This document shows positions 9,378-17,592 of a stretch of 64,000 nucleotides of DNA, one piece after another. The notes beneath the pieces were generated by a model that was given only the letters and a program-made list of their open reading frames with translations, did not search any database and was not told the origin of the DNA. Position numbers and translations under genes: made by a program. The stretch is from positions 96,001 through 160,000 of IMG/VR virus record IMGVR_UViG_3300029305_004606. One strand, 5' to 3'. Origin of the DNA: a virus (taxonomy: Duplodnaviria; Caudoviricetes). Position 1 is the stretch's first letter. Each line of letters begins with the position of its first letter.

Positions 9378-10769
9378 ATGAGATCAGAAGATTTTTATAC
9401 AGGAGAGCCGGTAGTAACTGGCTCTCCGATTTCATTTTCAGAAAATATGGTACCATCTAATAATGATGTTACAGAAGCAGCAAATATGGCAGCTTTTGGA
9501 GCATATGCATATGATCCTGGTATGAGACAACAATTAATGACACCTGGTGGATATGGTTATGGAGTAAGTCCAAACTTTATGAATCCACCAACTCAGTTTG
9601 GAGGTGTAGTATATCAACCTCCTATGTATGGAATAGGAGCACCACCTAGTCCATATGGAAATATTCAGCCTAGTTATAACATATATCGTCCTAATATGCC
9701 CAATCCTGCAATGCAGATGGGTATGGTGCAACCTCAATATCAGCAAGTACCAACTCAGTATCATATTCCTGGAGTGAATATGGGTGGTGAATATATGCCA
9801 CCTGCAGATTTTGAACAAAGATTATCTGAATTAGAAATGGCTTACTATTCCAAAGTAATTAATCAACAGGCTATAGATGAAGTAAACATGTCCATGAATC
9901 AATCTGTATACGGTTATGGATATAATGGTGGGTTTAATTATTATGGAATGCCATTCTATAATCAGTATCAGTATTCTTCTGCAGATTTAGAACTTAGACG
10001 AGCTGTAGAAGCTATGCAGCAGGAAGCTAGAGATAATCGAATGGCTTTCAATATGCAAATGTCAAGACTTGCTCACAACTTCAGTGGTCATGAAATTACG
10101 GACGAGCAAATCAGAGAAAGATATGAAGGTAGAACAATTGATATTCCTCAGCAAAGCGGAATAGTTGTTACACCTCAAGATTATTGGGAAATCGGAAGGT
10201 TCTATCAAACAGAACCGTTTGATAATTCTCAAATGTATAGAGATCATTTCAATAGAGTTAGAGAAGAGTTCCAAAAGATTATTCCAGCAAACTCAGATCT
10301 TCAATCTACTTTCAGTAATATGGGTATTGTTGCAGCCCAGTATGAAATGGAAGAGGAGATGCATAGAAGACGAGATGGTGGAAACCTCTATAATAACACC
10401 GATAATGCTTATAAGCGATTAATTCGTAAGAAAGCAAAAGAAAGATATGCAGCTGAAAAAGGTATAGTATTATCAAATACTGGAGCTGCTCTTCCTAATT
10501 TCTCTGCTCAGCAAGCTAAGCAGAATTTTATATCTAACTCTACTCTGTCAAACTGTGCAACTTTGCAGGATGATGGAACATTGAATGTATCATTAAGATT
10601 ACCTTGTAATGTAGGAAGTCATGCTGGACAAATGTATGAAGTGAACAGTCAGGAGTCTCAGTATGATGAAAAGAGAGCAAGATTTGGACAGTTTATCGAT
10701 TCGATTCCCGGTTCTATATATTTAGATCAAAAGAAACGGGAAAAGATGGAGGATTATAAGTATGAATGA
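9378..10769 (+). CDS. Hypothetical protein with G/Y/Q/N/P/M-rich low-complexity (prion-like) N-terminal region
   Basis: 463-aa ORF, AAGGAGG RBS; GGYGYG, QPQYQQ and YGYGYNGGFNYYG segments. Confidence 0.8.
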   Translation: MRSEDFYTGEPVVTGSPISFSENMVPSNNDVTEAANMAAFGAYAYDPGMRQQLMTPGGYGYGVSPNFMNPPTQFGGVVYQPPMYGIGAPPSPYGNIQPSYNIYRPNMPNPAMQMGMVQPQYQQVPTQYHIPGVNMGGEYMPPADFEQRLSELEMAYYSKVINQQAIDEVNMSMNQSVYGYGYNGGFNYYGMPFYNQYQYSSADLELRRAVEAMQQEARDNRMAFNMQMSRLAHNFSGHEITDEQIRERYEGRTIDIPQQSGIVVTPQDYWEIGRFYQTEPFDNSQMYRDHFNRVREEFQKIIPANSDLQSTFSNMGIVAAQYEMEEEMHRRRDGGNLYNNTDNAYKRLIRKKAKERYAAEKGIVLSNTGAALPNFSAQQAKQNFISNSTLSNCATLQDDGTLNVSLRLPCNVGSHAGQMYEVNSQESQYDEKRARFGQFIDSIPGSIYLDQKKREKMEDYKYE

Positions 10770-13119
10770 TGATCGTAATTATATCTTAGATAGACTTAAA
10801 AGTCGAAGTATCTCTATTGATGAGTTTAATTTCGATAACTTAAAAGCACCACCGTTATCTATGTTTCTAACACCTGGAGATATTCAGGAATTAAACTCAA
10901 TTGCAACATCTTTAAAATTATCTGCTAAACCTCAGGAAAGATACAGGTTGATTGATCAAGTTATGAATAGAAGAGGATTGGTTAAATTCTTATCCGGAAC
11001 TAATCGAGTTACTTATCGTCATCCTGAATTTCCTGATATATTGTTTAAGGTTGCTAGTGATGCTGTTGGTATTAGTGACAATCCGGCAGAATTTTACAAT
11101 CAGCATTTGCTTAAACCGTTTGTAACAAAAATATTCGAAGTAAGTCCTGGAGGGGTTGTAGCAATTACAGAAAGGGTAAATCCAATAACTTCTAGGGAAG
11201 AATTCTTATCAGTTGCAGACGATATATTTGAATTGATAACAGAATGGTTGATAGGAGAATATGTATTAGCAGACTTTGGTTCTAAATTTTTCATGAATTA
11301 TGGAATCAGAAAAGGATTTGGATGTGTATTGTTAGACTATCCATATCTTTATAAGCTTGATGGTAATAAGTTGTATTGTAATAAACCAGATCATACTTCA
11401 CCTACAGGTAAATGTGAAGGTACAATAGATTATGATAGTGGTTACAACTTTTTACATTGTACAAAATGTGGTGCAACTTATAAAGCCAAAGAGTTGGAAC
11501 AAAAAATCAAAAATAATGAAATCATAAATATTGACGAAGGAGAGAAGAAAATGGAAATCATTATCAAAGGTGGCAGCAAGGATTTAAAGGAAAGAAAGAT
11601 CAGAACTATGGATTCTGATAATGCAAATTTTGCAGAAACAATTATGTCTACTGGTCAGCTTGGTGAGAGAATGGAAGGTGCAATTCAGAGAGCAGTAGCA
11701 GAAGCAGCTGAAAGAACTGTTGTAAACACCTCTAATATCGGTGGTTCTGAGTATAAGTTTGAGGTTAGAACTAACAAAAGAACCAATGCTCCTATACCTG
11801 TAGAGGAACCTAAGCAGGAAGAGAAGAAAGTAAATAAGAGCGATGACGATAAGGTAATAGCTCCTGCACCTAAAAAAGAATCCAAGAAGGATAAGAAGAA
11901 AGAGAAATCTGGAGCTCCTGTAGCACCTATTGTTACAGAAGAACCTGTTGCTCCTATTGTTAAGGTAGAAGAAGAGCTTACAGTTAATGGTGTGAATCCC
12001 AAGGCAGGTATTGCAGAATCTCCTATTAGTATTTCTGAAGAGACTAAGAAAGAGTTTGCAAATGTTGACCAGGATAAAGAACCTAGTCCTGTAGAAACTA
12101 TTGAGAGAGCTATCAACAACATTACAAGATGTATGAACGAGATTGAAATTGATGTTGTTAAAGATGATATCATGGAAAGATTGTTCATTGCTGTTGCTTC
12201 TATGCTTCCTAATAATAACAAGAGTCTTCATATGCTTATCTCTGCTGCAAGAGATATTATTGATGCTGATATTGAAGAAGATGAAATCGATGATCATACT
12301 ATTATGGATATGGAAGCTATCCTTTCTTTTGTAGGTAAGAGTATCGTTGATGATTCTGATTGTGAAGCATCAGAAGATGGTCCGGATAAGATTACTCGTT
12401 TACAGGAATCTGTTGACAAATTAACAGCTTATAACGAAGAGCTCAATGTAACTGTTGGCAAACTTACAGCAGAAAATCAGGAGCTTCAGGAATCATATGA
12501 GAAAGCTACAGAATTAATCGAATGTCTTGAAAAGAAGTATGATAAAACTTCTAAGGATTTGATTGATGTTGAAGATGAATTAAGTTCTGTTAAGTCAGAT
12601 AGGGATCAGATTCAGAGAGAACTTGATGATGTAAAAGCAGCAAATGAACAACTTGTAAGTCAGGTAGAAGTTCTTGAGTCTGAAAAGGCTACAGCTTCAG
12701 AAGCTGAAATTACAGGTCCTAAATTTACTGATGATGAAATTATTGGTATTAAGACATTTGAAGCAGTAACTGTCGATCTTCAGGAATTACTTCCTACACA
12801 GGAAGAGTCACATAATATCGTTGTTCTTGTTGATGAAGATGGCAAGTATGTAGCAATTGACAAATTGATGATTGCTATCGATGAAGTTGATGGTATTTCT
12901 ATTGATGAAGCTGAATTTGTCTCTAAAGAATATATTGCTGATTTGATGGCAGTTGCAGAAGGTCATATGGCTACAGAAGAATCTGATACTGATGCTAACA
13001 ATGAAGAATCTGCTGAAGAGGTTGAGGATTCTGAAGAGACAGAAGATGTTCCTGTAGATTCTAATATTGCAATTGCTACACAGCAGTTTTTAGATGAAGA
13101 GGAGAAATTGGAGGTATAA
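10762..13119 (+). CDS. Protein-kinase-like N-terminal domain + Zn ribbon + acidic coiled-coil tail
   Basis: SGTNRV (Gly loop), LFKVA (Lys), NPAEF (helix C Glu), ADFG..MNYG (catalytic loop), LLDYP (DFG-like); CNKP...C...CTKCG; heptad acidic region near the C-terminus. Confidence 0.65.
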   Translation: MNDDRNYILDRLKSRSISIDEFNFDNLKAPPLSMFLTPGDIQELNSIATSLKLSAKPQERYRLIDQVMNRRGLVKFLSGTNRVTYRHPEFPDILFKVASDAVGISDNPAEFYNQHLLKPFVTKIFEVSPGGVVAITERVNPITSREEFLSVADDIFELITEWLIGEYVLADFGSKFFMNYGIRKGFGCVLLDYPYLYKLDGNKLYCNKPDHTSPTGKCEGTIDYDSGYNFLHCTKCGATYKAKELEQKIKNNEIINIDEGEKKMEIIIKGGSKDLKERKIRTMDSDNANFAETIMSTGQLGERMEGAIQRAVAEAAERTVVNTSNIGGSEYKFEVRTNKRTNAPIPVEEPKQEEKKVNKSDDDKVIAPAPKKESKKDKKKEKSGAPVAPIVTEEPVAPIVKVEEELTVNGVNPKAGIAESPISISEETKKEFANVDQDKEPSPVETIERAINNITRCMNEIEIDVVKDDIMERLFIAVASMLPNNNKSLHMLISAARDIIDADIEEDEIDDHTIMDMEAILSFVGKSIVDDSDCEASEDGPDKITRLQESVDKLTAYNEELNVTVGKLTAENQELQESYEKATELIECLEKKYDKTSKDLIDVEDELSSVKSDRDQIQRELDDVKAANEQLVSQVEVLESEKATASEAEITGPKFTDDEIIGIKTFEAVTVDLQELLPTQEESHNIVVLVDEDGKYVAIDKLMIAIDEVDGISIDEAEFVSKEYIADLMAVAEGHMATEESDTDANNEESAEEVEDSEETEDVPVDSNIAIATQQFLDEEEKLEV

Positions 13120-13122
13120 ACG

Positions 13123-13797
13123 ATGTCTTTACTCAAAGGAACTATATACATTACCGAAGATGTAAATCTTGTTATGTCTATACCTTATAACGGTAATACA
13201 AAAATAGTTAACCTTGATGAGGACGGAGTGCTTCCGGAGATGAATCACATTTTGGCGGGAACATGTTTGCTCCCGCCAATTGAAGCCAAAATTGCTGAAG
13301 TGGACGGTAATCAATCATTATATGATACGATATATTCAAATCATCTATTGATGCCGTTCCAACAGCAATTTATGGCTGCTCTGTTAGCATATCTGTACAA
13401 AGGTGGTAATTTAATTTTGTTTTTACCTGAGTTGGGTTATACTAACACAAAAGAAATGGTAATATTCGAAATATTCAAACTATATGGTGTTCATATTGGT
13501 ATGATTGGTGCACAGGATCCTATGGTAGCAAATTGTTATTATGACGAAACTTGTGTTCCTATGTGGTTAAATAGTATATATTCTGTGTCTGCTATTACTC
13601 CATACGAATTTTTATATATGTATCCTTTAGATGCTATATTGAACAACAATGTGATTGTACAAAAATTAGTACGAGAATTAAATCCATATGGTGAGAATTA
13701 TAATGACCAGGTAGCATATATTCAGGAATTTAGAAAGAAGATTCATGATAATCCTAATGTAAGACCTGCTTTGTTTAATAAATATGAAGCTTTTTAG
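13123..13797 (+). CDS. Hypothetical protein (paralog of 13813-14355)
   Basis: GGAGG RBS; LLPP...Y.N.....YLY.G..+++ pattern shared with the next gene. Confidence 0.8.
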   Translation: MSLLKGTIYITEDVNLVMSIPYNGNTKIVNLDEDGVLPEMNHILAGTCLLPPIEAKIAEVDGNQSLYDTIYSNHLLMPFQQQFMAALLAYLYKGGNLILFLPELGYTNTKEMVIFEIFKLYGVHIGMIGAQDPMVANCYYDETCVPMWLNSIYSVSAITPYEFLYMYPLDAILNNNVIVQKLVRELNPYGENYNDQVAYIQEFRKKIHDNPNVRPALFNKYEAF

Positions 13798-13812
13798 AGG
13801 AGGTAATGAGAT

Positions 13813-14355
13813 ATGCTGATGTATGGTGAAGATAAACCAGAAGTATTATCTTTAACTTTCTCAGGAACCGGTATGATATTTAACTTAACTTCGTATAAGG
13901 AGGGATATAATAGATTGAATCTGTTGGTTCCTCCTAATGAGTTGGGAAGATTTACTGATAGAGATTTCGATATAGCTTATGCAAATTATGTTATGATGAA
14001 TGATACAGTATTTTGTCAGTTTTTCTGGATAATATATAATTTGTATATTGGAAACCATGTTTTTATAATAGCTAATCCGGCAGATTGGAGCGAAAACATT
14101 CTCGAATCTCTACTCAAACTTATACAGCAAAGATATGGTTATAATGCAATAAGAATTGACAATGATGATGATTATATCTATGCTGCTAATTTTATGAACC
14201 CTGGTTTTGCTCCTGGGTTTGGATTATATAATCTTGACCAGGATAAAGAAAGATTTACTTATCTAATGGAGTCTTATAGACTTGCTAACAACGGAGCATT
14301 ACCTTATCAATTAGATGGTTTTGTAGTACCACCTGATAATCCGGAGGAAGCATAA
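13813..14355 (+). CDS. Hypothetical protein (paralog of 13123-13797)
   Basis: AGGAGGT RBS; LLVPP...YANY...YNLYIGNHVFII. Confidence 0.8.
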   Translation: MLMYGEDKPEVLSLTFSGTGMIFNLTSYKEGYNRLNLLVPPNELGRFTDRDFDIAYANYVMMNDTVFCQFFWIIYNLYIGNHVFIIANPADWSENILESLLKLIQQRYGYNAIRIDNDDDYIYAANFMNPGFAPGFGLYNLDQDKERFTYLMESYRLANNGALPYQLDGFVVPPDNPEEA

Positions 14356-14377
14356 ACTTCCTCCGGAATTTATTTTT
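14340..14377 (+). terminator. Probable intrinsic terminator overlapping the stop codon
   Basis: TCCGGAGGAAG/CTTCCTCCGGA stem followed by a T-rich tract. Confidence 0.65.
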
Positions 14378-15007
14378 ATGAAAGAAAGGATACTTTTTAT
14401 GTCAGAAGCAAATATAGCAATTAAATATCAAAATAAAGTAATAGAAGATAATAAAGTAGTAGCATTAATGTGTCCAAAATGTTATGGATTAATTGGATCC
14501 ATTTCTCAGAAATTAAAAACCGAGTTTTGGACTATAGAAGGTGGAGAGCAAAAGTTCTATGGACATAATGTAAGATTTGATGTAGATGGACAATGTGAAT
14601 ATTGTGGAGAATATATTGATCAATATATAGAGATTGATGGCGATCTTGCTGCTACTATATCTAATCTTAATCAGAAAGGTTGGAAAACAAACTTCTGTTG
14701 TGCTGGACATCCTATATCAACTTCTGCATATATAGCATTTAAACATAATCATTATCTTAAATATATTTCTGTATTGCCTAAAGGATGGAAACTGGATGTT
14801 AAAGACTATTCCGTAATGAGAGAATTTATTATAAGATCAGAACTTGGTAAATATGATCCTATTGAATTATATGAATGGTCTAAGAGATTGCCTATTATTC
14901 CAAACACAACAAGTTTAAAAAGAATTCCTGATAAAGAACTTATTGATATTATAATGAGTATGAAAGAAGATCAGTTAGATTTTGATGACGAAGAAACACA
15001 GGAATAA
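14378..15007 (+). CDS. Zn-binding hypothetical protein with KGWKTNFCCAGH motif
   Basis: CPKC...CEYC pairs plus a LN.KG..T..CC.GH motif; start may be ATG 14399. Confidence 0.7.
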   Translation: MKERILFMSEANIAIKYQNKVIEDNKVVALMCPKCYGLIGSISQKLKTEFWTIEGGEQKFYGHNVRFDVDGQCEYCGEYIDQYIEIDGDLAATISNLNQKGWKTNFCCAGHPISTSAYIAFKHNHYLKYISVLPKGWKLDVKDYSVMREFIIRSELGKYDPIELYEWSKRLPIIPNTTSLKRIPDKELIDIIMSMKEDQLDFDDEETQE

Positions 15008-15019
15008 ATGGAGGTTAAT

Positions 15020-15235
15020 ATGTTGTATTTATCTAGACCAAAAGAAGATTTTACAATAACCACAACAACAGGATATCCTACAGAATTTAATAAAGATAAA
15101 CTTTATGGTATGGATATTGTATTAGGATTTGTAACTGGTGGAGAAGATAAGTATTATGTAAAAGATAAGTATGGATATAATATTCCTTTTACTAAGAATG
15201 AGTATGAAGAATTCTTTGAAACTGTAAAAGAATAA
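15020..15235 (+). CDS. Small hypothetical protein
   Basis: GGAGGT precedes ATG 15020. Confidence 0.7.
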   Translation: MLYLSRPKEDFTITTTTGYPTEFNKDKLYGMDIVLGFVTGGEDKYYVKDKYGYNIPFTKNEYEEFFETVKE

Positions 15236-15259
15236 ATATAATCATAGAAGGAGATTTAT

Positions 15260-16093
15260 ATGAAAAATCCGGCAATAGATATAGCAAAATCTGTAAATTA
15301 TTTATCTCCTTCTAGATTAATATCTGGAAGGATAGTAGAATATGATATCAAAGCTGCAAATATTTCGTGTTTAAGACAAACAGGATTTATTACAGAGGAA
15401 GATTATCAATATCTTTTAAGATTACCTAAGAAACAAAGAGAAATAGAAATAGGTCTCAGAATAAAACAAGATCCAAAGGTATATACTAATATCCAGAAAG
15501 GTATTAAATGGGCTAAGGAACAATTAGTTACTGTAAATAATATACAAGAAGATCAGATTGTTAGAATTGCTAATGATGCTGTGTATATCAATACTCTTGT
15601 TGATTTACCAATAATTAAATTTGGAGATTATATACAATTTGTTCCTAAGTCAGTTTCAAATATATATCTTAATCTAAACAAGACAATAGTATTATTAAAT
15701 TTTCATCAAGATGGAAATATATCAGTAGATGTAAAAGGTATCGCTGATAATCAGATTCCTTTGCATGAAAATTATATAATCAATGCTATTGTAACTTGTA
15801 TAGTTTATATAGAAAGGTCAGGTATTCAAGAAGCTGTAGCTTACTTGTCAGATTTATGTCAGCATTATGTAAGATATGATTTACCAATAGGATATTATAG
15901 AGAATTCAATGCTTTTTCGTGTTACAGAATAAAGAATATATTTGGTCCTTATAATCCTTTTAATGGTGATACATTTGGTGCTGATAATCTTAACGAAGCT
16001 GACAAATATTCGCTTGATATTAATTATAATTATTCTGTACTTAGAGAATTATGGTCTATATTGCTTGAAATTTACAGTTTCAGAATACATTAA
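15260..16093 (+). CDS. DNA polymerase family-B-like palm fragment (divergent or split)
   Basis: VEYDIKAANISCL (motif A-like) and RIANDAVYI (motif C-like) in only 277 aa; no exonuclease domain. Confidence 0.55.
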   Translation: MKNPAIDIAKSVNYLSPSRLISGRIVEYDIKAANISCLRQTGFITEEDYQYLLRLPKKQREIEIGLRIKQDPKVYTNIQKGIKWAKEQLVTVNNIQEDQIVRIANDAVYINTLVDLPIIKFGDYIQFVPKSVSNIYLNLNKTIVLLNFHQDGNISVDVKGIADNQIPLHENYIINAIVTCIVYIERSGIQEAVAYLSDLCQHYVRYDLPIGYYREFNAFSCYRIKNIFGPYNPFNGDTFGADNLNEADKYSLDINYNYSVLRELWSILLEIYSFRIH

Positions 16094-16109
16094 AATTCTA
16101 TAAGCCGAG

Positions 16110-16123
16110 AACATATATGTAAT
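16110..16123 (+). promoter_or_regulatory. Late-type phage promoter (AACA-TATATG-TAAT)
   Basis: Perfect AACA-N6-TAAT. Confidence 0.65.
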
Positions 16124-16266
16124 GCTATCTGGAACAAGGGCGTGCGGACAGTTGGCAGGTGCGATTATTCTTACATATACTAAGTTCTTGACTTTGGTGT
16201 GAACTATGTAACCCCAAGAAGACCCCTAGAGCTTCGGCGGCTCTAGGGGTCTTCGTTTCTTTTTTT
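16121..16266 (+). ncRNA. Candidate small RNA (or near-leaderless 26-aa peptide, 16122-16202)
   Basis: Promoter, GC-elevated body with TTACAT..AGTTC/GAACT-ATGTAA hairpin, then a strong terminator. Confidence 0.45.
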
Positions 16267-16270
16267 ATTT
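16218..16270. terminator. Terminator between convergent units
   Basis: GAAGACCCCTAGAGC/GCTCTAGGGGTCTTC 15-bp stem followed by a T-tract. Confidence 0.85.
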
Positions 16271-16722
16271 TAAGATAAAGTGGATGAATTGAAAGCTGAT
16301 ACTTGATCAACTGCAATTGATTTTACTTTAGAATTGATAAACTTTAATAGATCTTCATCATTAGAAATATTATATATCATTTTAATATAGAAAATATATA
16401 ATTCCGAGATTTCAAGAGCTATAACTTTAGTAATATCTCTTACCATAATCTCACAATCTTCTTCTTTAATATATTCAATCTTTCTAACTATAAACTTCAT
16501 AGAAATATATCTTTGAATATATCTCTCAAAATATTCATCAATATATTGATTGATAGATTCAATCGATAGAACACTGAAAAGATTATATTTTTCGTTTTTG
16601 ATCTTCATTTCTTCCAATTTATTTTTTGGCTCTAAGTAATTCTTAGTAATATAAATTGTACTCCATGTACAGAAAGACAATACTAATATAATTACTATTA
16701 ATAAAAATATATAATTCATCAT
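16270..16722 (-). CDS. Membrane-anchored hypothetical protein
   Basis: N-terminal hydrophobic helix YIFLLIVIILVLSFCTWSTIYI; overlaps upstream gene. Confidence 0.75.
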   Translation of the reverse strand: MMNYIFLLIVIILVLSFCTWSTIYITKNYLEPKNKLEEMKIKNEKYNLFSVLSIESINQYIDEYFERYIQRYISMKFIVRKIEYIKEEDCEIMVRDITKVIALEISELYIFYIKMIYNISNDEDLLKFINSKVKSIAVDQVSAFNSSTLS

Positions 16723-17492
16723 AATAACAATTCTCCATTTCCGTTATTTTCAAGATATCCGTATGCTTGTTTATCAGGTAAATATCCACAATCTGCTACA
16801 GCCCAACCATATTCATTATAGTGAGCAAATCCTAATATTTCTTCTTGATGAGGTAATTGTACACTCAAAGGTAAATTATTCTGATACTTCTTGATATAAT
16901 TTATAACCTTTGCCGCAATGTCGTAAGTTATACCGTATCTATATCTAGATAATAATTCCCACCATCTTCCAAAAGTCATTTCAGGTGGTATATAAGCATT
17001 AGGATCATTAGTATATTTTTGATGAGCAGTCTTGCATAAAAACGTAACACCAACTCTATTTTGTCTATGTTCCTCTATAAGTAATTGTACCAAATCAAAA
17101 GTACTAATAATTCCTATAGTATTTACTACATGAGAAGTTATAAGTAAACAGATATCAAATAATCCTAATACATTATGATGTAATTCTATATCTGCATCTT
17201 CTGTAGTAATATTTCCCATTACTTGACATCTATCTATTCCTAATGATTCTATTAAAAATGCTTTATAAGCTTTATATTCTTTACTAGCTCTAAATCTACT
17301 CTCAGCATTCTTTAAAAAGTTTCTAAATGTATCTACATCAGCTAAAGTTTCCTTAGTCTGGTAAAAGAAAAGGTCTGAAGTAGCATATGGTGAATGAACC
17401 ATAGGATTCTTATCATCATATGTAATTACTTCAGGAAATGTATTATATTCATGATGAACTGGTACTGTAACTAATTCATTCATATTATTCAC
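16719..17492 (-). CDS. HNH-like protein (paralog of 28125-28946)
   Basis: E..FR.S.EY..Y...C...IELHH...LC.T.HQ pattern; preceded by a late-type promoter. Confidence 0.6.
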   Translation of the reverse strand: MNNMNELVTVPVHHEYNTFPEVITYDDKNPMVHSPYATSDLFFYQTKETLADVDTFRNFLKNAESRFRASKEYKAYKAFLIESLGIDRCQVMGNITTEDADIELHHNVLGLFDICLLITSHVVNTIGIISTFDLVQLLIEEHRQNRVGVTFLCKTAHQKYTNDPNAYIPPEMTFGRWWELLSRYRYGITYDIAAKVINYIKKYQNNLPLSVQLPHQEEILGFAHYNEYGWAVADCGYLPDKQAYGYLENNGNGELLL

Positions 17493-17528
17493 CGTCCTTC
17501 TTTGTGAACTTTAAAAGGGTCACTTATT

Positions 17529-17542
17529 ATTAATATAAAGTT
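17529..17542 (-). promoter_or_regulatory. Late-type promoter (AACT-TTATAT-TAAT on minus strand)
   Basis: Motif upstream of the 17492 start; divergent from the promoter at 17558. Confidence 0.6.
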
Positions 17543-17557
17543 TTTCTGCTTATTTTC

Positions 17558-17571
17558 CACATATTATTAAT
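17558..17571 (+). promoter_or_regulatory. Late-type promoter (CACA-TATTAT-TAAT)
   Basis: Motif just upstream of AGGAGGTG RBS. Confidence 0.6.
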
Positions 17572-17592
17572 TTTAAACAGGAGGTGAAAATA

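Noticed and set aside
11584-12297. Long antisense and alternate-frame ORFs (e.g. 11584-12297, 11685-12221, 22371-22781, 43915-44508, 58608-59060 and many within the tape measure gene)
   Set aside because: Shadows of the real genes caused by codon bias; no RBS or promoter, implausible composition
16125-16316. 63-aa minus-strand ORF across the terminator
   Set aside because: Overlaps a real gene end, runs through the terminator hairpin and lacks an RBS
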